Shown here piece after piece: positions 1 to 11,266 of a stretch of DNA of 64,000 nt. The DNA lies in the NCBI RefSeq assembly GCF_006345805.1, contig NC_043019.1:25171360-25235359 (forward strand), given 5' to 3'. This DNA comes from Octopus sinensis. Taxonomy: Eukaryota. How positions within the stretch are numbered: the stretch's first letter is position 1; every line of letters starts with the position of its first letter. The notes below the pieces were generated by a model. The model did no database searches and was not told the origin of the DNA. It was given only the letters and a program-made list of their open reading frames with translations. A program made the position numbers and the translations under genes.

Positions 1-163
1 TTCTCCTTCCTTGTCTCCAGGTGACTAGGAGACCTGAAGGTTAGGAATGAGGTAGGTTAACCAAGGAGCTACTCAGGCAGGCTAAGCATTGAATAAATGT
101 TATATGTGCATGCACATACACACATACACGTGTGTATGTGTGTGTATATATATATATATATAT

Positions 164-443
164 ACTCTTTTTACTCTTTTACTTGTTTCAGTCATTTGAC
201 TGCGGCCATGCTGGAGCACCGCCTTTAGTCGAGCAAATCGACGCCGGGACTTATTCTTTGTAAGCCCAGTACTTATTCTATCAGTCTCTTTTGCTGAACC
301 ACTAAGTGACGGGGACATAAACACACCAGCATCGGTTGTCAAGCGATGTTGGGGGGACAAACACAGACACACAAACACATACATATATATACATATATAC
401 GACAGGCTTCTTTCAGTTTCCATCTACCAAATCCACTCACAAG
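164..443 (-). mobile_element. SINE family A (tRNA-derived), 5'-truncated copy
   Basis: Reverse complement of the family A body and tail (...GGTGCTCCAGCATGGCCGCAGTCAAATGACTGAAACAAGTAAAAGAG) seen in many copies; internal TA/CA tract. Confidence 0.9.
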
Positions 444-736
444 ATATATATATGCATACACACACACACACATACACATATATATATGTTGTTTCAGTTT
501 TTAGACTGTGGCCATCCTGGGGTACAGCCTAGAAGAATTTTAGTCAAACAAATTAACCCCACTACTTATTTTTTTAAAGCCTGTTATTTACTCTATCAAT
601 CTCTTTTGCCAAACAGCTAAGTTATGGGAATGTAAACACACCAACACCAGTTGTCAAGCAGTGGATGGGGGCAAACACGGATGCAAAAACACACACACAC
701 AAACAAATGAACTAAAGGGGTATGATACACACACAC

Positions 737-1190
737 ACTCTTTTACTTGTTTCAGTCATTTGACCGTGGCCATGCTAGGGCACCATCTTTAGTCGAGAAA
801 ATTGACCCCAAGACTTATTCTTTGTAAGCCTAGTACTTATTCTATTGGTCTCTTTTCTGCCGAACCGCTAAGTTATGGGGATGTAAACACACCAGCATCA
901 GTTGTCAAGCGATGTTGGGAGGACAAACACAGACACACACATACCGTTTCGAGCGGAGCTCTTCATCAGAAACATAGGAGAAGGGAAGACAGAGAAAAAA
1001 AATCGCCAACGGTACACACGCAGTCACATTTCGAATCATACATACATACATGATGACGTCTTTCAGTTTCTGTATACCAAATCCACTCACAAGGCTTTGG
1101 TTGGGCAGGGGTTAGAGTGGAAGATACTTGCTCAAGGCACCATGTGGTAGGGAATCAAACTTCTTACCACACCACCATTCTTGTGCCTAT
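737..1190 (-). mobile_element. SINE family A, diverged, with a ~90-bp foreign insert (943-1036) in its internal microsatellite
   Basis: Tail at 737-940, head part (AAATCCACTCACAAGGCTTTGG...CTTACCACAC) at ~1060-1190. Confidence 0.8.
943..975 (-). ncRNA. Truncated hammerhead ribozyme motif (Penelope-like fragment)
   Basis: Minus strand reads CTGATGA-A-GAGC-TCC-GCTC-GAAA-CG; the 3' arm of stem I is missing. Confidence 0.6.
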
Positions 1191-1518
1191 AACACATGGC
1201 TGTGATGTTAAGATGATGAATCCTTTGTAGTTCCAAGCAAGTGTTTTCTATGGTACCTTGTGAATGGATTAGTCAGATGAGCACTAAAAGAACCATTATG
1301 TTGATATTCATAAACATATATATGCATGTGTATTTCCTATTTTGAGAATGTGTTTGTTTGTACACATTGCCTTCATGAAGTGCATCTGGGGATTGCATTT
1401 ATAGGATGACATTCTGTGCTAATGAATACTGAACCATAGCAAATGAACTAAAGGGGTACCATGTCCAAACCCATGTCTTTTTTTTCCTTCTCATTTTTGA
1501 TGTGCTTTTATCTTATAG

Positions 1519-1562
1519 ACAGCATCAGCCTGCGCAGGACCCCGGGTGAATATGAGATTTAA
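1519..1562 (+). CDS. Candidate terminal coding exon (..SISLRRTPGEYEI*)
   Basis: Long pyrimidine tract ending TTATAG at 1518, then GC-richer non-repeat sequence open to TAA at 1560-1562; no homology recognised. Confidence 0.25.
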
Positions 1563-1627
1563 CAATAAGAGCTGAAACCTGGGCAGAACAATTGTTACCT
1601 GCTGAGGGCATCCAGTCGTATGTGTTT

Positions 1628-1826
1628 GAGCTGGCAGAAACGGTAGCAGTATTTTGTCTGCCGTTACGTCCTGAGTTCGAATTTCGCCAAGGTTGACTTT
1701 GCCTTTCATCCTTTTGGGGTCGATTAAAACAAGTACCTGTTAATCACTGGGGTCGATGTAATCGACTTAATCCCCTTGTCTGTCCTTGTTTGTCCCCTCT
1801 ACGTTTAGCTCCCTGTGGGCAATAAA
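1628..1826 (+). mobile_element. SINE family B (tRNA-derived, Meta/Sauria-like central domain)
   Basis: GAGCTGGCAGAAAC...GAGTTCGAATT B box, GACTTTGCCTTTCATCCTTTTGGGGTCGAT core, tail CCTGTGGGCAATAAA. Confidence 0.85.
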
Positions 1827-1838
1827 TATATATATATA

Positions 1839-2368
1839 TGAGGGATGCTGAGAAGTTCCTGGCTTCGGGTAAAAGAAAATACAAGAGGACCATCATCATC
1901 ATCGTTTAACGTCCGTTTTCCGTGCTAGCATGGGTTGGACGGTTTGACCGGGGATCTGGGAAGCCAGAAGGCTGCACCAGGCTCCGTGAGTGTAGTGGGT
2001 GCTTTTTACGTGCCACCTGCACAGGTGCCAGGCGAGGCTGGCAACGGCCACGGTCGGATTGGTGTATTTTATGTGCCACCGGCACGGAAGCCAGTCGAGG
2101 CGGCACTGGCATCAGCCACGAGTCGGATAGTGCTTTTTACGTACCACCAGACCAGGGATCCTGGCTGGTTCAATTCGATTTCGATTTCCCCAATATGTCT
2201 TCGCAAGCAAAGGGGGTTAATTATTTAATTTATCACATTACCCTCTCAGATTCACACACTTATATTGCAGTGATCCTTCAGTTTTTCTAAGCCCTGTAAA
2301 AGAACTTGGAAAGCTGGGCCTCCAGCCAGGCCTTTCATGATACCCAGGAACTTTTCAGCACCTCCTCT
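1839..2368. mobile_element. Mariner-type MITE interrupted by a family C SINE
   Basis: Ends GAGGGATGCTGAGAAGTTCCTGG / CCAGGAACTTTTCAGCACCTCCTC; uninterrupted sister copies near 20316, 21096 and 23715. Confidence 0.8.
1893..2190 (-). mobile_element. SINE family C with (GAT)n tail and internal hairpin repeats
   Basis: CATCATCATCGTTTAACGTCCGTTTTCC tail; repeated GTGCTTTTTACGTGCCACCGGCAC units. Confidence 0.85.
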
Positions 2369-2582
2369 TGTGTCAGTGTGTGTATAGGTTTTAGCTATCA
2401 ATTTTTGTAGCAATCGATATTTGCTAGTTTTCAATCTTAGCCTATGTGTAAATGACTTGATGAAATGGTGTTCAATATATATATGGGGACATTGCAGTGT
2501 AGGGCCAGCAAAAACAAATCTGTAGAATAATGTTGGATACCTAAAATTTAGTAATAAAATCCTTTAAACTGGACTTCCTTGC

Positions 2583-2844
2583 ATGACTGGCTTCTGTGCC
2601 TGTGGCACGTAAAAAGCACCAACCGTTCATGGCCACTGCCAGACTCCCCTGGCACCTGTGCCGGTGGCACGTAAAAAGCACCCACTACACTACGGAGTGG
2701 TTGGCGTTAGGAAGGGCATCCAGCTGTAGAAACACTGCCAGATCAGACTGGAGCCTGGTGCAGCCTCCTGGCTTCCCAGACCCCGGTCAAACCGTCCAAC
2801 CCGTGCTAGCACGGAAAACGGACGTTAAATGATGATGATGATGA

Positions 2845-2847
<3 letters not shown>
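2583..2847 (+). mobile_element. SINE family C
   Basis: GTGCCGGTGGCACGTAAAAAGCACC units, GGTTGGCGTTAGGAAGGGCATCCAGCTGTAGAAA block, (GAT)n tail. Confidence 0.85.
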
Positions 2848-2894
<47 letters not shown>

Positions 2895-2898
<4 letters not shown>

Positions 2899-3285
2899 CG
2901 TGTCACCGGTATGGGTATCTTAACTACAATTTCCAAAATAAGAATCGAATGGAAATTGTAGTTAAGATACCCGTGCCGGTGACATGTAAAAAGCACCATC
3001 CGAATGTGGCAGATGCCAGCACCGACTGACTAGTGTCCGTGTTGGTGACATGTAAAAGCACCAACCGATCGTGGCCGTTTGCCAGCCTACTCTGGCCCCT
3101 GTGTCGGTGGCACGTAAAAAGTACCTACTACACTCACGGAGTGGTTGGCGTTAGGAAGGGCATCCAGCTGTAGATGTACTGCCAGATCAGACTGGAGCCT
3201 GGTGCAGCCTCCTGGCTTCCCAGACCCCGGTTGAACCGTCCAACCCATGCTAGCATGGAAAACGGACATTAAACGATGATGATGA
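2895..3285 (+). mobile_element. SINE family C
   Basis: Same blocks as 2583-2847 with more internal repeat units. Confidence 0.85.
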
Positions 3286-3288
3286 TAT

Positions 3289-3324
<36 letters not shown>

Positions 3325-3540
3325 CGGAGTAAGTACATAAATGCGAAACAAGGTGGAAAAAATAATACTCGAATACCAGAGGTAGAGTAACATGTTTTAT
3401 GGAAAAGCAGCAGAAATATCACAAAAACTATTACTCAGAGTTTCACGTTCCTGTTCGTCTAAGCAAAACTGTTCGATGAACGAGAACATGAAACTCTGAA
3501 TAACAGTTTTTGTGATATTTCTGGTGCTTTTCAATAGAGT
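3325..3540. mobile_element. Palindromic non-autonomous element with a degenerate type I hammerhead, in (TA)n
   Basis: Inverted arms ~3397-3459 and ~3475-3536; plus arm folds as AAAACTGT / TCGATGA / ACG-AGAA-CAT / GAAA / CTCTGAA-TA / ACAGTTTT. Confidence 0.65.
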
Positions 3541-3573
3541 ATATATATATTTACATATGATGCAGCACGAAGC

Positions 3574-3624
3574 TTTGTCAGTGAACAGGTCGCAGTCTCA
3601 AAGCGACGAAAATATTCTGACAAA
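3574..3624 (+). ncRNA. Type I hammerhead ribozyme, G3:C8 core variant, in a ~215-bp element (3551-3765) flanked by (TA)n
   Basis: Stem I TTTGTCA/TGACAAA, core GTGAACA, stem II GTCGC/GCGAC, GAAA, palindromic AATATT, UUC triplet. Confidence 0.7.
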
Positions 3625-4019
3625 TTAAATTTAAATGTTGAAGTGAATCTAACGGTTTTGTGTGTTTCTTAAATGGCTTATAAACACCTTCCATGCTGCA
3701 ATTGTTTTCATTCCAGCACACGATCTCAGATCAAGTCACTTGCTATGCAAGTACATCTCCGTAATATATATATATATATGTATTTCACCTAGTTGTAAGT
3801 AGGTAACTCTCTGATGGACTAGAATTCCATTCAGAGATAATGTTGGCCTGCCTTCCTGTCTAGCCATTAGGGTGGCATCATTCAAAAGCTACAATGTTTT
3901 GAAGTGCATTGTGGCCAGCAGTGTTTAACAACGTCTGATTCTCAGACTGATACAGTGACGTGCATGTCTTTGTGTGTACTCTTGTTTTTACATCTCAGGG
4001 TAGCTGTGAATGAGCGACA

Positions 4020-4215
4020 CCATAAGACAAGTGATATTATTCGTTTCCAGTTTTCTGTGAAAAACATGATTGGCCATGGGTAAATATTACCTTGCTTGGA
4101 ATCGGGTGAGCATTGGCGACAGGAAGGGCAAGCGGCCGTAGAAAATCCACCTCAATGAGTTCCTTCTAACCAATGCAAGCATAGAAAAGTAGACGTTAAG
4201 ACGACAACGACGATG
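4020..4215 (+). mobile_element. Older family-C-related SINE variant (sister copy ~52060-52268)
   Basis: TTGGCGACAGGAAGGGCAAGCGGCCGTAGAAAAT block and GACGTTAAGACGACAACGACGAT tail. Confidence 0.6.
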
Positions 4216-4277
4216 GCATTATACATGGATACATACATATGTGTGTGTATGTATATATATAAAATGTTACACACACA

Positions 4278-4332
4278 AGCCTTGTGAATGGATTTGGTAG
4301 ACGGAAACTGAAAGAAGCCCGTCTCATATATG

Positions 4333-4376
<44 letters not shown>

Positions 4377-4587
4377 GTTGTGTGTCTGTGTTTGCCCCCC
4401 TAGCATTGCTTGACAACCGATGCTGGTGTGTTTACGTCCCCGTCACTTAGCTGTTCGGCAAAAGAGACCGATAGAATAAGTACTAGACTTACAATGAATA
4501 AGTCCTGGGGTCGATTTGCTCGACTAGAGGCGGTGCTCCAGCATGGCCGCAGTCAAATGCCTGAAACAAGTAAAGGAGTAAAAGAGT
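4278..4587 (+). mobile_element. SINE family A, 5'-truncated
   Basis: GCCTTGTGAATGGATTTGGTAGACGGAAAC through the GTAAAAGAG tail. Confidence 0.9.
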
Positions 4588-5780
4588 AACACACACACAC
4601 ACACACATGCATATGAGCAACAGTTTGTATGAACATGTGTGTATATTTATATATATATATGCTCCACATCTCGTGTGTGTGTGTGTGTGTGTGTGTGTAT
4701 GCAATCGCATAAATTTGTATGAGCATATGTTTAATGTTGGTGGTTAGGGTGGAGGAAGTGACGACGGCGACTTTGAACCTTCTGTGTTAGCCTACATGTT
4801 GCTGAAAATATTGGTAATAAAAGATGCCAGTTGCAGCTAAAAGAGAACGGCGGGCTCCACACAACGGTTTTGAGAACAGCAGCAGCAGCCCATGTAACCT
4901 AACCAACCCCACTCGCACACATACACGTTTGTAAATAGACACATACACACACACACACACACTTATAACCAGAAGAAATTGTGTTTGTGTGTGTGTGTAT
5001 GTATATATATATATATATATATATAAGTTCAGCAAAAATTTAGATTCAAATGAATATGGTACTTAATTTAGATGCACCAGAATTCTGTATGGTGTTATCC
5101 ATAAAAATCCGTTGGGTCATTATAATCAAAATAAGCAACAAGAATGAATACAACAAGTGTATATATATATATATATACACACACACACAAACATGCGTAG
5201 AGAGAGAGAGAGAGAGAGGGAGCCTCTGCACCTATGCACTTTTTCACTGCAGTGTTGGAGTGGGTGCTTTTGTTGCTGTGTGGTAAGGGTCTGCTCAACA
5301 TGAATCGGGATTCGGAAAACTACTATGAATGAAAAGATAGGGGATGTAGGAAATTCATTTACAATTCACTCCTCCCCTTCACTCACTCACTCTCTCTCTC
5401 TCTTTCTCTCCGTCTATCCATCTATCAACCCTCTCACTCTCTCTCTCCCTCTTTCCTACCTCATTAACTCCAACTTCTCTTTTTATCGTTTCATAGCTCT
5501 TTAAATAGTTCTCCTTTCCGTCTCTTTCTCTAAATACTCCAATGGATTATTACATTGTTTATTAAAACACACAGACACTACAAAACACTATTCCCTCCCT
5601 AACAAGTAGTTCTTTTTATTATTATTATTATTATTATTTTAATTTTTATTGTTAGTTCAGGATGCCGAATGACTCTATTTTCAAGTCTTTCCTTTTTAGC
5701 ATCACACAAACTCTCTCTTTATCTCTCTTCCACACACACACACACACATGCGTGTGAGTGTCTGTCTGTCTGTCTTTCTC

Positions 5781-5869
<89 letters not shown>

Positions 5870-6148
5870 AATACAAATAAGCTTGTCTGTGTATTAATGT
5901 ATATATATAATCAAAATACAAATATGTATATATGTGTCCATACACACACACATATACATGCATGTATAATGTGTGTGTGTGTGTGTGTGCATATACATAG
6001 CAAGCAACATGTTATATATTTGTATGTATATGTGGATGTATGTATAACAGGCTGTTATGTCTGGTATGCTTCCTCATTCCATGTAAATTAATAAACTCCA
6101 AAATTTCTGAGGGTTTATTTATAATAAATCCCGAAAATTACTCTGGGA

Positions 6149-6198
<50 letters not shown>

Positions 6199-6747
6199 CA
6201 CCACACCACTACTACTACTACTACCACCGCCACTACTACTATAAGCATTATAGATAATTAGATCAGGATTGATTTAGGAAGGGAATTATCAACCTCAGGC
6301 AACAGGGTAGCCTCTACGTGGTCGCACTATCTGCTAGAAATAGCAGCCATGTCTCAAAACGACACACTATCATCTTAAGGGAAGGGCCTACCTCTTAAAT
6401 TCTTTATCCCTGGAAAATATTTGGGTCAGTCATGCATGGAAGTACTAGTGGAGATCTAGAATAAAACTGACTCCCCCCCCCCCAAAAAAAAAATAATGAG
6501 CTTGCCCGAATATTAGAAATTAATGTTATTTGATAGAATAAATAAGCCTGGTGCTTATTGTATGTCTGGTACTTATGCTGAACCGCTAAGTTGTGGGGAC
6601 ATAAACAAACCAACGCCAGTTGTCTAGCAGTGGTTAGGGAGGGACAAACACACACACACACACACAACAGCAGAAATGCATTTTTGTTCTTTTCTGTCTT
6701 GCGAATTGCATGAGAATCTCACCAGTCTTGGTAAATGAGAAAAAGCA

Positions 6748-7146
6748 GGCAGGAGTGGCTGTGTGGTAAGTAGCTTGTCTACCAACCACATGGTTCCGGG
6801 TTCAGTCCCACCGCGTGGCACCTTGGGTAAGTGTCTTCTACTATAGCCTCGGGCCGACCAAAGCCTTGTGAGTGGATTTGGTAGACGGAAACTGAAAGAA
6901 GTCCGTCCTATATATGTATATATATATATATGCGTGTGTGTGTCTGTGTTTGTCCCCTAGCATTGCTTGACAACCGATGCTGGTGTGTTTATGTCCCCGT
7001 AACCTAGCGGTTCGGCAAAAGAGACCGATAGAATAAGTACTGGGCTTACAAAAGAAAAAGTCCCGGGGTCGAGTTGCTCGATTAAAGGCGGTGCTCCAGC
7101 ATGGCCGCAGTCAAATGACTGAAACGAGTAAAAGAGTAAAGAGTAA
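6748..7146 (+). mobile_element. SINE family A, full length
   Basis: tRNA-like head (TGGCTGTGTGG A box, GGTTCAGTCCC B box), CORE/V-like CACCTTGGGTAAGTGTCTT, internal microsatellite, stem-loop plus (GTAAAAGA)n tail. Confidence 0.92.
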
Positions 7147-7329
7147 GAGAGTCCACTCTGTAAAATGGTTGGCATTAGGAAGGGCATCTAGCCGTAGAAC
7201 CCATACCAAAGTGACATTGGAACTCAGTGCAGCTCTGCATCTTGCTGGTTCCCTGTCGAACCATCCTGCCCATGCTAGTATGGAAAGTGGATGTATGACG
7301 ATAATGTTGATGAGCTTCTTTCAGTTTCT

Positions 7330-7744
7330 TATTTCTTTATAGCCCTCAAGGGACTAAACATAGAGGAGACAAACTTGGACAGACAAAGGGATTAAGTCAA
7401 TTACATCAACCCCAGTGCGTAACTGGCACTTAATTTATCGACCCCGAAAGGATGAAAGGCAAAGTCGACCTCGGCAGAATTTGAACTCAGAATGTAACGG
7501 CAGACAAAATGCCTATTTCTTTACTACCCACAAGGGGCTAAACATAGAGGAGACAAACTTGGACAGACAAAGGGATTGAGTCAATTACATCAACCCCAGT
7601 GCGTAACTAGTACTTAATTTATCGACCCCGAAAGGATGAAAGGCAAAGTCGACCTCGTCAGAATTTGAACTCAGAACGTAACGGCGGATGAAATACCGCT
7701 AAGCATTTCGCCCAGTGTGCTAACGTTTCTGCCAGCTTGCCGCC
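7330..7744 (-). mobile_element. SINE family B, dimeric form
   Basis: Two tandem bodies joined at GGCAGACAAAATGCCTATTTCTTT. Confidence 0.9.
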
Positions 7745-8188
7745 CTACTTTCAGTTTCTGTCAACCAAATTCACTTACAAGGGTTTGGTCGTCCAAGGGC
7801 GATAGTAGAAGACACTTTCCCAAGATGCCGTGCAGTGTAACTGAACCCAGAATGGTGTGGTTGGGAAGCAAGCTTCTTACCACACAGCCACACCTAAAAT
7901 GTAAAAGACCTGAATGTAGTTTGAACTCTCAAAGAAGTGGAATCAGCTACCTAAATTTAAATGTACGAGTTCCTTACATAGATAATGCGTTGAAATGAAA
8001 AACATCAATTATTAGAAATATCCGTGCAGTTGGTAGGTGAAAACTCCCTACAAAAGCATCTAATATTTAAAAAACTGGAGAGGTAACTCCAATAAAAACA
8101 GTTGAAACTTTTGAAAAATATAAATCCAGCGTAGAAATGGATCTAATGTCCTCAGAGGGAGATTTTGTTTACTAATCACATGAGTTAA

Positions 8189-8413
8189 CCTTTTTGTTTC
8201 TGCATTTTGGTTGAAATACACAGCTTTTGTTTCAGTTAGTTTTGAAAATAATGAAGAAATTACTTCATTAATTTCACTATTAATTGAAATATAAGCAGAA
8301 TGTCTAATATGATTTTGTCATTATGAAATTAGCATGGAATTTTGATGAAGGTTTTAATTTAGATTGCTTTAAAATAGGAAGTGTGTTTCATATGAGGAGT
8401 GGGGCCAAAATGG
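8189..8413. mobile_element. Old piggyBac-like MITE
   Basis: TTAA|CCTTTTTG ... CAAAATGG|TTAA termini; degenerate. Confidence 0.45.
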
Positions 8414-8716
8414 TTAATAGAAGCTTTCTAAAAACTGTTATACTATTTTATATTGTGATATATTCATTAGTGCCCTCATCTCTGTATACACCTGTGGATA
8501 TATGTAAATATTTATATGTATGACTAGATGTCTGTATATGAATATACATATGTATATGAATTATATGTTTATATTGTATATACTTATAAGTGTATATGTA
8601 TATACTCTTGTGTATGTTTATATATTACAGGGTGTGATGGGTAAATTGATGCCATTTTATATTTGGAATTTCGTACATGTGCATTGTTTGTTTTTGATTT
8701 TGTCAACTACACAATA

Positions 8717-9003
8717 TATATTTCTTTACTACCCACAAGGGGCTAAACACAGAGGGGACAAACAAGGACAGACAAAGGGATTAAGTCGATTACATCGATC
8801 CCAGTGCGTAACTGGTACTTAATTTATCGACCCCTAAAGGATGAAAGGCAAAGTCGACCTCGGCGGAATTTGAACCCAGAACGTAACGGCAGAAGAACGT
8901 TCTGGGTTCAAATTCCGCCGAGGTCGACTTTGCCTTTCATCCTTTAGGGGTCGATAAATAAGTACCAGTTACGCACTGGGATCGATGTAATCGACTTAAT
9001 CCC
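8717..9003. mobile_element. SINE family B inserted as a near-perfect inverted repeat
   Basis: Arms 8777-8884 and 8897-9003, 12-nt spacer; CTACACAATA repeated on both flanks. Confidence 0.9.
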
Positions 9004-9205
9004 TACACAATATAACTTAATCGACTACACAATATAGTAGGGTCAGTTGGGCACCGTCTGTGAGAAAAACAGCATCGTGATGCAATTCACTCTGCCAGAA
9101 ATTTGGAAACGACATGCTGTACTGCTTGGTATTCATGCTGGAAGCTCCAATACGAACATTTTAGAATGATTGGGTGACAGTGCAATCTGAGGACATGTAC
9201 CGAGA

Positions 9206-9700
9206 GTGATAAAAATCAAACATCCAGTCAACATCATGGTGTTTGGGGTGATCATTAGTGATGTTGATGTTATGCTTCCATTCATCTTCTCACACAGCTT
9301 CAGACTTAACACGGAGGCCTACATCAAGTGCCTGGAAGAGGTAGTGCTGCCCTGGGTTAAGAGGGTGGCTGTTGGAAGACCCTATGTCTGGCAAAAGGAC
9401 TCTGCACCATGCCACACAAGCAGGAGAACCCAGTCATGGCTGTCAGACAATTTCTGCTACCACATCACCCCTAACATCTAGCTACCTAACTCCCTAGACT
9501 GCAACCCCACTGATTGTTATGTGTGGGGCGCAGTTGAGCGAGATACCATCAAAACTCCTTGTAACACCAAAGATGAACTGAAGGTAAGGATTATGGCAGC
9601 ATTCACCAACTTAAGCAAGGAGATCGCCCAGAAGATTTGCAGAAGATTCCGAAGTCGTCTGTAGACCGTGGTTGAAGCCAATGGAGATTTTATTGAATAA
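9206..9700 (+). pseudogene. DD37D transposase C-terminal remnant
   Basis: KHPVNIMVFGVI...YVWQKDSAPCH...NSLDCNPTDCYVWG...VVEANGDFIE*; 37 residues between the last two catalytic Asp; two in-frame stops. Confidence 0.9.
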
Positions 9701-9915
9701 ATTTACTCTTTAGTATTTTAAGATATATTTATGTAATTTTGGTAAATATATCAGTTAAAATAAGATGTCAGTGTTATTTTCATTTTTGCGTAATTTACAC
9801 GATAGTTTATTCATTGCACCCTGTATATGTATGTGTGGATGTTTGTGTATATGCACGTCTATGTATGTGTACATACATGTATATACATATATGTGTGTGT
9901 GTACACATTCTTACT

Positions 9916-10042
9916 CATCATCATCATCATTGTTCGACCGTGGTCGAGACAATGGAATTTACCATGCTACGCCAGACTTCATGGTCCATCATGGCATTAC
10001 GGAGGTCCTGTTGCTGGATGCCTGTATCCCTGGAGATTACAT
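9916..10042 (-). mobile_element. RTE-like LINE 3' fragment
   Basis: Matches the 3' end of 14770-15095; (GAT)n tail. Confidence 0.8.
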
Positions 10043-10046
10043 GATA

Positions 10047-10870
10047 ATGATTTCTTTATTTGCCACAAGAATACCAGATTGTATGACATTACATGACAAA
10101 TGATCAAAAACAGTGGGTTTTATGCCAAATTGATTTTGAAGAATGAAACCTGGTTATGAATAATGTAGAAGAAGTCAGGAAGGGGTCTTCAGAATGGGAG
10201 CCAGATGAAATACTCCCAGATCTAACATCACCTTGGCTATGAAGGGCACAGGTCCTGTTGGCTGTATTTACTAGCCGGTAGCTGTTTGTTGAGAGTAAGT
10301 CCATTCTTTTGGGTCACTTTTGCTACTTGTACTCAGCTTTCATTAAATTCACTAGAGGGCAGCACATCCTTTTCCATCCTTGCAGTTCTCTTCAGTTGTA
10401 ACTTGAAGTCATTGTTGAGGGCATGGTTGAAGATGAGTGTTTGTCTTGAGTCATTCCAATCTTGTCTCCTACATCAGGGGTCCCCAACGACCATACCACA
10501 GACCAGTGCTGAACTGTGGATCATTTGGTATCAGGCTACACAGAAAGAATAAATTTTCAAATTTCACTGTCACGGTTTGCTGAAGGTTTTTGCATTGTAT
10601 ATGTATTATACATGTAATAATTAAATTAAATATTATGCACTTTATTGTATCTTGTTATCCCCTGATCTGTGGAGAAACTATCTTACATGAAGCTGGCCCA
10701 TGGTGCAAAAAAGGTTCGGGACTGCTGCCTTACACAATCTCCTTTACCATTGTCACCAGATGGGATCAAACTGCCTGCCCTTCACTGCTAAAGGGGCAAA
10801 GCAATTCCCATGATGGAGCCATGTGATAGCCAAATCTTTTCCAATTTACAACATCTGACAACTCTGCAAA
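10047..10870 (-). mobile_element. Decayed Tx1/L1-like LINE 3' end, split by a hAT MITE
   Basis: Minus-strand remnants LVTMVKEIV*ETRL and NDFKLQLKRTARMEKDVLPSSEFNES* resemble the ORF2 C-terminal AK..IW..R / F...W pattern; 3' end CTTGTGGCAAATAAAGAAAT. Confidence 0.5.
10475..10727. mobile_element. hAT (Charlie/MER1-like) MITE
   Basis: CAGGGGTCCCCAAC ... GGTTCGGGACTGCTG termini; degenerate 8-bp TSD TCCTACAT/CCTTACAC. Confidence 0.75.
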
Positions 10871-11190
10871 TCAGCATCACCTTGATACCTACCTACTCAC
10901 TCCCCGTTTTATCTTCCATGTTTAATTAAGCTTAATTAAAATATCATGTTTATTTTCCTTCCTCTTTATTACTCAGATAAGAATAATTACCACCACTAAT
11001 AGTGTCATCTTTGTTAATTATAACATTCACTGCATCAAGTATGCCAGGAGCAACTTTACTGTGAAGTTTTCATACAGGAAGTGTCCCTGGGCGTTTTCTA
11101 CCAGACCCTCTACCATTTAACAGTGGATTGCTTTCATGACATTTAATTGATGACGGATAAAATATTGGCGAAAGTAAAGAACATGTACAC

Positions 11191-11230
11191 CACTCGTTTT
11201 CGAGGGTTTGGGTTACCTCGAAAACGAGTG
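11191..11230. other. Perfect 15-bp hairpin, extendable to ~11175-11241
   Basis: CACTCGTTTTCGAGG - 10-nt loop - CCTCGAAAACGAGTG. Confidence 0.9.
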
Positions 11231-11266
11231 CGTATTCTTTAGCTCCGCCTAAAATCTTATGCTCAC

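Larger units (their letters stand above)
8628..9823 (+). mobile_element. Decayed Tc1/mariner DNA transposon, DD37D (maT-type), internally deleted
   Basis: TA|CAGGGTG...CACCCTG|TA termini; transposase remnant inside; SINE B insertion at 8717-9003. Confidence 0.9.

Noticed and set aside
100-423. Recurrent ORFs such as ..LKAVLQHGRSQMTETSKRVK as a gene family
   Set aside because: Read-through of SINE A copies
7101-7140. Hammerhead in the SINE A tail (AGTC-AAAT-GACT-GAAAC..GTA)
   Set aside because: No CUGANGA or variant and no stem I; better explained as an ordinary LINE-type 3' stem-loop
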